This document shows positions 1-12,468 of a DNA stretch of 64,000 bases, one piece after another. Source of the DNA: an uncultured delta proteobacterium (lineage in GTDB: Bacteria; Myxococcota_A; UBA9160; SMWR01). How positions within the stretch are numbered: position 1 is the first letter of the stretch; every line of letters starts with the position of its first letter. The notes below the pieces were generated by a model that worked only from the letters and a program-made list of their open reading frames with translations, made no database searches and was not told where the DNA came from. Location of the stretch: assembly GCA_963832165.1 (NCBI GenBank), contig CAWHTE010000002.1, positions 160,001 through 224,000 of the forward strand, written 5' to 3'. A program made the position numbers and the translations under genes.

Positions 1-1067
1 GCCGTTGCTCTCCATGTCGAGCTGCTGGAGGTGATTGGGGAGCAGCTCGAGGTACTGGCTGTAGGGGAGCACGGCCGTCGTCTCGGCACCGAGCAGATCG
101 CGGTACCAGATGCCGAGCAGCGCGAGCAGCACGGGGAGGTTCCGCTCGAACGGCGCGCTGCGGAAGTGCTCGTCCATCGCGCGTGCGCCTTCGAGCAGCG
201 CGCGGAAGCCCTCGGCGCCGACCGCGAGCGCGATCGAGAGCCCGACCGAAGACCACAGCGAATAGCGTCCGCCCACCCAGTCCCAGAAGCCGAACATGTT
301 CTCGGGCGCGATCCCGAACTTCGCGACCTCCTGTGCGTTGGTGGACACCGCGACGAAATGGCGCGCCACCGCGGCGTCCGCGCCGAGTGCCGACACGCAC
401 CAGCGCCGCGCCGCGTGCGCGTTCGCGAGCGTCTCGAGCGTGGTGAACGTCTTCGAACAGACGATGAACAGCGTCTCGGCCGGGTCGAGATCGCGCGTGA
501 CTTCGGCGAAGTCCGCGGGATCCACGTTGGCGACGAAGCGCACGTCGAGCGCGCGCGGGCTCGTGCCGCGCAGCGCGTGCGCGACCATGCGCGGGCCGAG
601 GTCGGAGCCGCCGATGCCGAGGTTCACGACCGACCGGATGCGCCGCCCCGTGTACCCCGTCCACTTCCCGTCTCGCGCCGCGTCCGCGAAGGCGGTGAAG
701 CGGTCGAGCACTTCGTGTACGTCGAGCGTCACGTCGCGCCCGTCGACGCGCACGTCCGCGCCGCGCGGAGCGCGCAGCGCGGTGTGCAGAACGGCCCGGT
801 CCTCGGTGCTGTTGATCCGCTCGCCGCGGAACATCGCAGCGATGCGATCGGCGAGGCCGCGCGCGCGCCCGAGCTCGAACAGGTGCGCGAGCGTGGCGTC
901 CGTGATCAGGTTCTTCGAGTAGTCGAGCGTCCAGCCGGCCGCGTCGGCTACGAAGCGATCGCCGCGCTCGGGGTCGGCCGCGAAGGCGTCGCGCAGGTGG
1001 AAGTCGCCGAGCTCGCGGCGGTGCGCCTCCAGCGCGCGCCACGCGCTCTCGGTGTCGCGCACAGCCG

Positions 1068-1071
<4 letters not shown>
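1..1071 (-). CDS. pgi: Glucose-6-phosphate isomerase (3' end runs off the window)
   Basis: Not in the ORF track. Minus-strand translation gives [10 protein letters not shown] and [26 protein letters not shown] start at 1071 overlaps the uvrA TGA (GTGA). Confidence 0.95.
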
Positions 1072-3929
<2,858 letters not shown>

Positions 3930-3971
3930 GGGGGAGGCGAGGATACCCGGCGGCGCAAGGGGATGCCGGCG

Positions 3972-4598
3972 CTAGCGCGAGCCCTCCCGCTCGATCGTCC
4001 ACTGCAGCGCGTCGGCGGCGCGCGCGTCGCGCGGGCGGCCGCGCTTGCGCAGCTCGGCGACGACGTTGGCGCGCTTCTCGGGGCCGCGGTTCTGTCCGAT
4101 CTTCCACTTCACCTTGCGCCCCTCGATCGCGAGCCGGATCGCCGCGATCACCCCGAACGCGCCGCGGTAGATCGGCTCCTCCGGCGTCACCGCGCGGAAG
4201 CCGCCCTCGGGCTGGTAGCGCGCGAGCAGCCGGGTCTGTTGCTCGGCGAGCACGGCCGGGTCGCGCGAGATCGTCGCGACCGCGCACTCGAACAGCACGG
4301 TTCGGTGATAGGCGGTGGCCGCCACCGCGCTCTCGGGATCGACCCAGTACGACGGAACCGTCGCGAGGATCTCGTCGACTGCGAACGCACAGCGCGGGCG
4401 CGCCTGGAGGTGCGCGAGCTGATCGTCTGCGTGGTGCAGGTGGATCTCGATCGCGCGGCCGTCGTACGCGAACGGATACAGCCCGAGATGCGGGAGGCCG
4501 TCGTCGGCGACCGTGAGCAGGCGGCCCATCTCCTGCTCGCGCACGAAGGCATCGATCCGCTCTTCGGGGACGTCCGAGTAGTAGTCGTAGTGGATCAT
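3972..4598 (-). CDS. FMN-binding split-barrel protein, PaiB-like negative transcriptional regulator family
   Basis: 208 aa. Matches PaiB pattern, including ATVPSYW and C-terminal KWKIGQNR. Confidence 0.7.
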   Translation of the reverse strand: MIHYDYYSDVPEERIDAFVREQEMGRLLTVADDGLPHLGLYPFAYDGRAIEIHLHHADDQLAHLQARPRCAFAVDEILATVPSYWVDPESAVAATAYHRTVLFECAVATISRDPAVLAEQQTRLLARYQPEGGFRAVTPEEPIYRGAFGVIAAIRLAIEGRKVKWKIGQNRGPEKRANVVAELRKRGRPRDARAADALQWTIEREGSR

Positions 4599-4713
4599 CG
4601 GGGCTCCGCTCGACGTCTTTCGACGGCTTCAGACGAGTTTCGACGGAATCTGGTCAGGATCCGACGCGGTTGGCGCTGGATTCGACTGCCGATGCTCCCG
4701 CATCTCGGGCGCC

Positions 4714-5035
4714 GTGACCACGAAGTGGAAGAGGCGCGGTACATCGATCGCGGCGACCGCCTGGATCGCGGTGTGCGCGCTACCTCCATGTCGCGTGGCC
4801 GAGCCTCGCCGCGCTGCTCGAGACGCTCCCCATGCCGCCGGCGATGCAGTGGCTGCCCGGCGTTCCCCGGAGCGCCTTCCTCGCGCTGGGCGCGCTCGCG
4901 TTGCTCGGGCTCACGATCAAGGACCGATGGCTGCGCGCGCCGCTGGCGCTCGTCGTCGACGCCGTGATCGGAGCCCCCGCGTTCGCGGTGATCGCGTTCC
5001 TGCTCCAACCGTTCCTGATTCCCGTAGATTGGTAG
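4714..5035 (+). CDS. Small membrane protein, apparently frameshifted near 4780
   Basis: The hydrophobic N-terminus (MTTKWKRRGTSIAATAWIAVCA) continues in another frame as YLHVAWPSLAALLETLPMPPAMQW...FLIPVDW, giving about three TM segments. Confidence 0.45.
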
Positions 5036-5129
5036 GGCGGGAGGAGCCGAAGGCGGATCCCGCCTTTGGCGTTGCGGGGAGAGCTTCTGGCGGCGGGATC
5101 CGCTCGCTTCGCTCGCTACTCCCGCCCTA
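5033..5129. repeat. Long imperfect inverted repeat filling a convergent intergenic gap (REP-like / bidirectional terminator)
   Basis: TAGGGCGGGAG (5033-5043) pairs with CTCCCGCCCTA (5119-5129). GCGGATCCCGCC (5053-5064) pairs with GGCGGGATCCGC (5092-5103). Confidence 0.85.
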
Positions 5130-6947
5130 CGGCAGCGCGATCGCGTAGGCGATGGCGAAGCGCGGCGATGCGGCGGCTTCGTGCGGGCCGCCGGCGGGAT
5201 CGACCGTGGCCGCGAGCACGCGGCCGTGCTCCCAGGGTCCTTTGCGCTCGAGGCGGTGGCCGCGCGCTTCGAGCGCGCGCAGCACCGCGGGGTCGAAGCG
5301 CGACTCGACCGAGACGACGCCCGGGCGCGCGTGGCGCGGGTAGAACGAGCTCGGCATGTGCTCGCTGTGCGCGGTGGGCGCGTCGATCGCGGCCTGCAGG
5401 TCGCGCTCGCCACGCGCCGCGAGCCGCAGGAAGAACTGCGAGGTCCACTGGTCCTGCTGATCGCCGCCGGGCGTGCCGAACGCGAGCCAGCGGCCATCGG
5501 CGAGCTGCGCGAGCGAGGGCGAGAGCGTGGTGCGCGGTCGTTTCCCGGGCGCGAGCGCGTTCGGGTGATCGGGGTCGAGCGACGCCATCTGAAGCCGTGT
5601 CCCGAGCGGGAAGCCGAGCTCGGGTACGACCGGCGAGGTCATGATCCAGCCGCCGCTCGGTGTCGCCGACACCGCATTGCCCTCGGCATCGACGGCTACA
5701 CACTGCGTGGTGTCGGTCCGGCCGCCCTTCCGATGGCCTCCGCTCTCCGGCTCGCTGCGCGAAGCCTGCGCGGCGAGTGCTCCGGGCTCGGCCGGCACCA
5801 GCGCGGAATCCGCTTCGAAGACGATCGGCCAGCCCGCGGGCAGCCGCCCGAGTCCGGGCCGCAGCTCGAACGAGGCTTTCTCCGGGTCGACGAGCGCGCG
5901 GCGCTGTGCGGCGTAGTCGCGCGAGAGCAGCGTCTCGATCGGCACGTCCGCGAAGCGCGGATCGCCGTAGCACGCGTCGCGGTCGGCGAACGCAAGCTTG
6001 GCGGTCTCGAGCCAGAGGTGGAGCGCGTCGGCTCCGCCCGGATCGAGCGCGCCGAGGTCGAAGCCCTCGAGCAGACGAAGCTGCTGCAGGAACACCGGCC
6101 CCTGACCCCACGGGCCCGTCTTCCACACGCGCGCGCCGCGGTAGTCGACCGAGAGCGGATCCTCGGTCGCGCCCGCATAGCCCGCGAGGTCGGCTGCGCA
6201 GATCAAGCCCGCGTGCTTCTCGCCGCTCGCGTCGCGCACGGGCTTGCGCGCGAAGCGGTCGATCGCCTCCGCGCCGGCGCCGCGGTAGAACGCATCGCGC
6301 GCGGCGCGGATTCCCGCCTCGCGCGTTCCGCCCGCGGCGCGCTCCGCTTCGCATAGCGACGCGATCCAGTGCGCGAGCGGCGGGTTGGTCTGGCGCTCGC
6401 CGACCGCGCGCACAGGCAGATAGATCGCAGCGCTCGTGGGCCAGGAGCGCTCGAAGTGCGGTGCGATCAGGTCGATCAGGTCGCGCAGGAACGGGTACAT
6501 CGGGAACCCGCGCTCGGCGAGCGCGCGCGCGGGCGCGATCACGTCGGCGAGCCGGCGCGTGCCGAACTCCTCGAGCAGGCGGCACCACGCGTCGAGCGCC
6601 GCGGGCACGCAGGCCGAGACGAATCCATCGGGCGGCAGGAGGTCGAAGCCCTCCGTGCGCACGCGCTCGATCGTCGCTGCAGCGGGCGCCGGGCCCTGGC
6701 CCGAGATCGCGAACACACGATCGCGTCGCGAATCGCGCACGAGGATCGGCACTTCGCCGCCGGGGCCGTTCTGGGTCGGCTCGAGCACCCAGAGCGCGAA
6801 GCCCATGGCACATGCCGCATCGGCGGCGTTGCCGCCATTCGCGAGCTGTTCCGCGCCGATCTGCGCCGCGAGGTGGTGACCCGCGGCAACGGCACCGCCG
6901 AAACCGCGGACGGTGGGTCGCGTGGTGGTCACGCGGGCAGTATGCAT
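5127..6947 (-). CDS. Gamma-glutamyltransferase family protein
   Basis: GGNAADAA, catalytic Thr in DTTQC, PGKRPRTTLSP, GTPGGDQQDQ. Confidence 0.93.
   Translation of the reverse strand: MHTARVTTTRPTVRGFGGAVAAGHHLAAQIGAEQLANGGNAADAACAMGFALWVLEPTQNGPGGEVPILVRDSRRDRVFAISGQGPAPAAATIERVRTEGFDLLPPDGFVSACVPAALDAWCRLLEEFGTRRLADVIAPARALAERGFPMYPFLRDLIDLIAPHFERSWPTSAAIYLPVRAVGERQTNPPLAHWIASLCEAERAAGGTREAGIRAARDAFYRGAGAEAIDRFARKPVRDASGEKHAGLICAADLAGYAGATEDPLSVDYRGARVWKTGPWGQGPVFLQQLRLLEGFDLGALDPGGADALHLWLETAKLAFADRDACYGDPRFADVPIETLLSRDYAAQRRALVDPEKASFELRPGLGRLPAGWPIVFEADSALVPAEPGALAAQASRSEPESGGHRKGGRTDTTQCVAVDAEGNAVSATPSGGWIMTSPVVPELGFPLGTRLQMASLDPDHPNALAPGKRPRTTLSPSLAQLADGRWLAFGTPGGDQQDQWTSQFFLRLAARGERDLQAAIDAPTAHSEHMPSSFYPRHARPGVVSVESRFDPAVLRALEARGHRLERKGPWEHGRVLAATVDPAGGPHEAAASPRFAIAYAIALP
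5731..5769 (-). repeat. Degenerate in-frame copy of the GNA mini-hairpin element inside the GGT gene
   Basis: cgatggcctccgctc---tccggctcgctgcgcg aligns to the copy at 46785-46826 with a 3-bp gap. Encodes QASRSEPESGGHR. Confidence 0.65.
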
Positions 6948-7006
6948 CGGTTCGGCGCGCTCGGGGGTATGATCCCGGCCGCCAGTCGTTCAAGGAGATT
7001 CCCCCG

Positions 7007-7931
7007 ATGGCGCTCGACCCCCAGGCGAAAGCCCTGCTCGACACGATGCCCCCGATGCCCGACTTCTCGACACTCGACCTCGCGCTGATCCGCGCGGGCA
7101 TGGCGCAGGCCGTTGCTCGGCGTCGGCGAGCCCGAGCCTGTGGCGAAGGTCGAGAACCGAACGATCCCGGGCCCGGGCGGAGACATGCCGGTGCGCGTGT
7201 ACACGCCGCAGGGTGAGGGGCCGTTTCCGGGGCTCGTCTACTTCCACGGCGGCGGCTTCGTGTTGTGCAACCTCGACACGCACGACGGCATCTGCCGCAG
7301 CCTCGCCAACGCCGCGGGCTGCGTCGTGGTGTCGATCGACTATCGCCTCGCGCCGGAGCATCCGTATCCCGCCGCGCCGGAAGACTGCTATGCGGCGACC
7401 CAATGGGTGGCGAAGAACGGCGCCGAGCTCGACATCGACGTCTCGCGCCTCGCGATCGGCGGAGACAGCGCCGGCGGAAACCTCACGGCGGTGACCGCGC
7501 TGATGGCGCGCGACCGCGGCGGTCCGACGCTGCGCTTCCAGCTGCTCGTCTATCCCGTGACCGATTGCGCGTTCGACACCGCGTCCTACCGCGAGAACGC
7601 CGAGGGCTACTTCCTGACGATCGGCATGATGCGCTGGTTCTGGCAGAAGTATCTCACCGATCCCGCGCAGGCTCGCGACGGCTACGCGTCGCCGCTGCGC
7701 GCGGCGGACCTCGCGAACCTTCCGCCGGGTCTGTGCATCACCGCGGGCTACGACCCGCTGCGCGACGAAGGCGAGGCCTACGCCGAGCGGCTGCGCAAGG
7801 CGGGCATCGACATCCGCACGTCGCGCTATGCGGGCATGTTCCACGGCTTCTTCGGCATGGGCGGCCAGATCGACAAGGCGCGCGAGGCCATCGCGGAGGC
7901 GGCCGCCGCGCTGCGCGCCGCGTTGGCCTAG
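7007..7931 (+). CDS. HSL-family alpha/beta hydrolase (esterase/lipase), frameshifted near 7110
   Basis: RBS AAGGAG and ATG at 7007 (MALDPQAKALLD...) are in a different frame from the body carrying HGGG, GDSAGG, DPLRDEG and HGF. Confidence 0.88.
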
Positions 7932-7933
7932 CG

Positions 7934-8653
7934 ATGGCGACGGCGCTCACGCCCGAACAGAAACGCGAGCTGCTCGCGCGCGTGCCGCTGTTCCAGGGCT
8001 TTGCGCCGCGCGACCTCGACGCGCTGGTCCCCGCCGCGCGGCCGATCGCGGTGGCCGCGCGCGACGAGCTGTTCCACAAGGGCGACGTCGGTTCACAGCT
8101 CTACGTCGTGATCGAGGGCCGGCTCAAGGCGCTCACGACCTCGGCCGACGGCGACGATGTCGTGTTCAACGTGATGGGCCCCGGCGAATGGTTCGGCGAG
8201 ATCGCGCTGCTCTCCGAGAATCCGCGCAGCGCCACCGTGCGCGCGATCGAGCGCTGCGAGCTGCTCGTGCTGGACCGCCGCGACTTCATCGCGTTCCTGA
8301 AGCGCAGCCCCGACGTGGCGCTGCGCATGCTCACCGTGCTCGTCGAGCGGCTCGTGCGCATCTCCGAGTTCGTCGAAGACGTCCAGTTCCTGAACCTGCC
8401 GGTGCGGCTCGCCAAGAAGCTCATGCTGTTCGCCGGCCGCTACGGCTGCAAGGCCAAGGACGGCAGTGTGAAGATCGACCTCAAGCTCTCGCAGGAGGAA
8501 TGGGGCGACCTGGTCGGCACCACGCGCGAGAGCATCAACAAGCAGATGCACATCTGGAGCGATGCAGGCCTGATCCGCATGGACTCGGGGTTCGTCACGC
8601 TCGTGCGGCCCGACGCGATCGAGCGCCTCGCGTCCGCCATGAGCCCCCCGTGA
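7934..8653 (+). CDS. Crp/Fnr family transcriptional regulator
   Basis: cNMP-binding domain (FGEIALL...PRSATVRA) plus HTH LSQEEWGDLVGTTRESINK. Confidence 0.93.
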   Translation: MATALTPEQKRELLARVPLFQGFAPRDLDALVPAARPIAVAARDELFHKGDVGSQLYVVIEGRLKALTTSADGDDVVFNVMGPGEWFGEIALLSENPRSATVRAIERCELLVLDRRDFIAFLKRSPDVALRMLTVLVERLVRISEFVEDVQFLNLPVRLAKKLMLFAGRYGCKAKDGSVKIDLKLSQEEWGDLVGTTRESINKQMHIWSDAGLIRMDSGFVTLVRPDAIERLASAMSPP

Positions 8654-9378
8654 AACGACGCATCGCCGTCGATGGCTGCCTCAATTTCCGCGATCTAGGC
8701 GGCTATCCGACCGCGGACGGCGGCGCGTTGCGCTGGCGACAGCTGTTTCGCGCCGACGGCCTGCACGCGCTGACCCCGGGCGGGGTCGCGACACTGCGCG
8801 ACGAGATCGGGCTCGGCGACATCATCGACCTGCGCTCGAGCGCGGAGCTCTCGCTCGACGGGCGCGGTCTGCTCGAGAGCGAGCCGATCCGCTTCCACCA
8901 CCTGCCGCTCTTCGACGGCGGCAGGGGAGACCGCACGCCGCCGTTCGGGGCGACCCTCGCGGACCTGTACTTCGGCATGGCCGACTTCGCGCGCGGGCCG
9001 ATCGCGAACGTGCTCACGGTGCTCGCGCGCACGAAGGATCCCGCGGTGTTCCACTGCGCAGCGGGCAAGGACCGCACGGGCGTGATCTCGGCGCTGCTGC
9101 TCTCGCTGCTCGGCGTGCGCGATGAGGTGATCGTGGCCGACTATGCCGCCACGCGCGAGGCGCTCGACGCGATCGTCGAGCGCCTGATGGCGAGCGAAGG
9201 CTACCAGGGGATGTTCGACGAGCTGCCCCCGGACACGCTGCACGCCAACCCCGAGACGATGGAGCGATTCCTCGCGCGTTTGCGGGATGAATTCGGCGGC
9301 GTGCCCGACTACGCGCGCGAGATCGGCGTGGACGCGTCGGACGTGGCGCGCCTGCGCGCGAGGATGGTCGAGCGTTGA
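8650..9378 (+). CDS. Tyrosine-protein phosphatase family (IphP/MptpB-like)
   Basis: NFRDLGGY, IDLRS, P-loop HCAAGKDRTG, ADY. GTGA overlap with the Crp gene. Confidence 0.9.
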   Translation: MKRRIAVDGCLNFRDLGGYPTADGGALRWRQLFRADGLHALTPGGVATLRDEIGLGDIIDLRSSAELSLDGRGLLESEPIRFHHLPLFDGGRGDRTPPFGATLADLYFGMADFARGPIANVLTVLARTKDPAVFHCAAGKDRTGVISALLLSLLGVRDEVIVADYAATREALDAIVERLMASEGYQGMFDELPPDTLHANPETMERFLARLRDEFGGVPDYAREIGVDASDVARLRARMVER

Positions 9379-10694
9379 CGAGCGTGGTGTTGCTCACGGG
9401 CGCGACCGGGTTCGTGGGCAAGGTCGTGCTCGAGGAGCTGCTGCGCCGACGCGAGTCGCTGGGAGTCGAGCGCGTGCTCGCGCTCGTGCGCGCGCGCGAT
9501 CCCGATCACGCGACCGCGCGCCTGCGCGCCGACGTCACCTCGTCGCCGTGTTTCGCGGCGCACCCGCGCGGCTGGGAGGCGCGCGTCGAGGCGCTGCCCG
9601 GAGACGTGACGCGGCCGGGGCTCGGGCTCGCGCCGCTCGCTCGCGCGCGCATCGCCGCGGACGTCACGCACGTGATCCATTGCGCGGCATCGGTCGAATT
9701 CACGCTGCCGCTCGCAGAGGCACTCGCCGTCAACACGCGGGGCGCGCTCCACGCGCTCGAGGTCGCGCGCTCGTGCGCGCGGCTCGAGTCGTACGTCGCT
9801 GTTTCCACCGCCTACGTCACTCCGCACCCCGATCCGTACGGCCGAAGCATCCACCGCGTGGAGGAGGTGCTCGCGCCGCTGCCGCGCGATCCCGAGACGC
9901 TGTTCGAAGCTCTGTGCGCGGGCAGGGAGGACGAGCGCCGCCTGCTCGCCGAGACGCGCCACCCCAATACCTACACGTTCACCAAGTGCCTGGCCGAGCA
10001 CCTGACCGTGCGGCGCGCGAGTGATCTGCCCATGACGATCGTGCGCCCGAGCATCGTCTCGGCGTCCCGCACCCATCCGAGGCCGGGTTGGATCGACAGC
10101 CCCGCGGCGTTCGCGGCGTTCGTCGCGATGATCGGTGCGGGCAAGCTCCGCGTGCTCGCGGGCGACCCGAGCACGCGGCTCGACGTCGTTCCGTGCGACG
10201 TCGTCGCAGAGCGGATCGTGGCGTCCGCGTTCGCGCCGCCGCCGCGCGGCGCGCCGCGGATCCAGCACGCGGTGGCCGGGCTCGCGAGCGCGCTTCCGAT
10301 CTCGATGTGCCGCGAGCGGATCGTCGATTGGTTCCGGAGCCACCCGGTCGGAGGCACGCCGCGTGTCGAGTACGTGGGTCGGCGCGGCCCTGCGCTGCGC
10401 GCGGCGTACGCGCTGCGCCACGAGCTGCCCGCGCGAGGCGCGGCGCTCTGGCTCGATCTGATCAAGGAACCCCAGCAGGCGCGCGCCATCCGCAAGCTGG
10501 CCCTGCGCCAGCGCGTGCTCAACGACGACTTCGCCTACTTCACCCATGCGACGCTCGACTTCATGAGCGCGGTACCGAGCGAGCCGCTGCAGCCCGAGCA
10601 CTATCTCGACACCGTGTGTGCGGGCGTCTCCCGCCACCTGATGACGCGCGAGGGCCGGCCGCGGCGTACCGCGGCCCACCTGAGCGCTAACTAA
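9375..10694 (+). CDS. Fatty acyl-CoA reductase-like extended SDR (male-sterility NAD-binding domain)
   Basis: TGATGFVGKV, HCAASV, VSTAYV, PNTYTFTK, IVRPSIV, DVVPCDVV. Confidence 0.85.
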   Translation: MTSVVLLTGATGFVGKVVLEELLRRRESLGVERVLALVRARDPDHATARLRADVTSSPCFAAHPRGWEARVEALPGDVTRPGLGLAPLARARIAADVTHVIHCAASVEFTLPLAEALAVNTRGALHALEVARSCARLESYVAVSTAYVTPHPDPYGRSIHRVEEVLAPLPRDPETLFEALCAGREDERRLLAETRHPNTYTFTKCLAEHLTVRRASDLPMTIVRPSIVSASRTHPRPGWIDSPAAFAAFVAMIGAGKLRVLAGDPSTRLDVVPCDVVAERIVASAFAPPPRGAPRIQHAVAGLASALPISMCRERIVDWFRSHPVGGTPRVEYVGRRGPALRAAYALRHELPARGAALWLDLIKEPQQARAIRKLALRQRVLNDDFAYFTHATLDFMSAVPSEPLQPEHYLDTVCAGVSRHLMTREGRPRRTAAHLSAN

Positions 10695-12438
10695 CGCGAT
10701 CCTCTGCGGGTGTGGCGGGCAGCCGCACGCGGAAGACCGTGCCGTTTCCGAGCGTCGACTCCACCTGGATCTCGCCGCCGTGGCTGGCCACGATCTGGTG
10801 CGCGATGCCGAGTCCGAGTCCGGTGCCCTCGCCGACGGGCTTGGTGGTGAAGAACGGATCGAAGATGCGATCGATCAGCTCGGGCGGGATCCCGCAGCCG
10901 TCATCGGCCACCGACACGATCACGTGATCGCCGTCCGGGCGCGTCGCGACGAGCACGTGGCCGCCCGCCTCGACGGCCTGGGCCGCATTCACGACCAGGT
11001 TCAGGAACACCTGCCGGAGCTGCTGGGGCGCGCAGACGACCGGCGGCAGCGTCTCGTCGTACTCGCGCAGCACGTTCACGCGGCTGCGCAGCTGCGCGGA
11101 CGCGACGTGGAGCACGTCTTCGAGCAGCGGCCGCAGGTCGGTGGACTCACGCGTGGCGCTGCCCGCGTGAGCGAAGCTCCTCACGCTGCGGACGATCTCC
11201 GCGGCGCGATCGACGCCCTCGATCGTTTCCTCGAACAGCGCGTCGACGTCGCCCAGCAGCTCGGCCTGCTCGGGGTCTGCCGGAAGCAACCGCAGCTCCT
11301 TCCAGATCTCCTCGAGCTGAGAGAGATTGGATCGCACGAACGCGAGCGGGTTGTTGATCTCGTGGGCGATTCCGGCCGCGAGCTCACCCACCGCGGCGAG
11401 CCGCGCCGACGTGAGCAGCTGGCGGCGCAGGTCGGCGACCTCGCGCAGATCGCGCACCACGAGCACGCGCCCGAGCGCAGCCCCGATCGGATCACACAGC
11501 GGCGCCGAGCTCACGGAGACCGGCAGGAGCTGGCCCGTAGCGGTTTGCAGCTCGGCGCGCTCGGGCTGCTCCGGGTTCCAGGCCAGCAGATCGTCGATCG
11601 CGACGCCCGCGAGCGCCGGCGTGGGCTGCCCGGACAGCTTGCCGAGACTCGGGTTCGCAAGGCGAATGCGCTCGTCCATGCCGAGCAGCGCCACGCCGTC
11701 GGGAAGGATGTCGAGGATCTCGGTGGCGAGCTGACCGGGCTCGAGCGGCGAATGGCCGAGCCTCCCGCGCAGCCACAGCGCGAGCACGGCCAGCGGCGCG
11801 AAGGCCGCAGGGGCCAGGCCCGGCGAGGACACACCGCACAGCGGCAGCAGCACGTCGACCGCGGCGACGAGCGCGACCGGCAGAATGACCGCGAAGCTGA
11901 TCGATCGCCATTGGCGATTCTCGTCCATGGAGCGCAGCGCCCGGGCGCGCCGCCCGATCGCCACGCCGAGCACGCCTCCCGCGACGTTCGAGAGCGATGC
12001 GGCCGCGAACAGCGGGCCCGGTACGACGCCCCAGCCAAAGCTCGCGCTGCGCACGTCCGCGATCACCCACGGCGTGGCGAGCGCGATGCCCAGGCCCGTG
12101 AGCGACAGCGCGGACAAGCCCCACGCGGCGTGCTCCATCCAGCGCTTGCGCGGCCCGGAGGCATCAATGAACACCCACAGGCACAGCGGGCCCAGGAAGA
12201 TCCAGCCCGGGGTCGCCGCGCGCGCGACCCAGAGCGCGATCGCGGGGTCCACCTGCAGATGGAGCACGAGCTGACACGCGCCCCAGAACGCCAACGCGAA
12301 CAGCGCCAGTGACGCGGCGCGACCGCTGCGGTCGCTCGACTGCGCGATCATCCCTCCCGCGCACGCCGCGCACGCGAGCACGGAAGCAGCGATGACTAGC
12401 AGGTAAGGATGCAATGCAAGGGCTCCCGCCGTCTGCAT
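10687..12438 (-). CDS. Membrane sensor histidine kinase (7TM N-terminus, PAS, HisKA, HATPase)
   Basis: H-box AHEINNPL, N-box QVFLNLVVNA, DDGCG, FDPFFTTK, GTGLGL; hydrophobic N-terminal helices. Confidence 0.93.
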   Translation of the reverse strand: MQTAGALALHPYLLVIAASVLACAACAGGMIAQSSDRSGRAASLALFALAFWGACQLVLHLQVDPAIALWVARAATPGWIFLGPLCLWVFIDASGPRKRWMEHAAWGLSALSLTGLGIALATPWVIADVRSASFGWGVVPGPLFAAASLSNVAGGVLGVAIGRRARALRSMDENRQWRSISFAVILPVALVAAVDVLLPLCGVSSPGLAPAAFAPLAVLALWLRGRLGHSPLEPGQLATEILDILPDGVALLGMDERIRLANPSLGKLSGQPTPALAGVAIDDLLAWNPEQPERAELQTATGQLLPVSVSSAPLCDPIGAALGRVLVVRDLREVADLRRQLLTSARLAAVGELAAGIAHEINNPLAFVRSNLSQLEEIWKELRLLPADPEQAELLGDVDALFEETIEGVDRAAEIVRSVRSFAHAGSATRESTDLRPLLEDVLHVASAQLRSRVNVLREYDETLPPVVCAPQQLRQVFLNLVVNAAQAVEAGGHVLVATRPDGDHVIVSVADDGCGIPPELIDRIFDPFFTTKPVGEGTGLGLGIAHQIVASHGGEIQVESTLGNGTVFRVRLPATPAEDRVS

Positions 12439-12468
12439 CGGCCCATCCGCACCCCTGCTTGATCCGGG

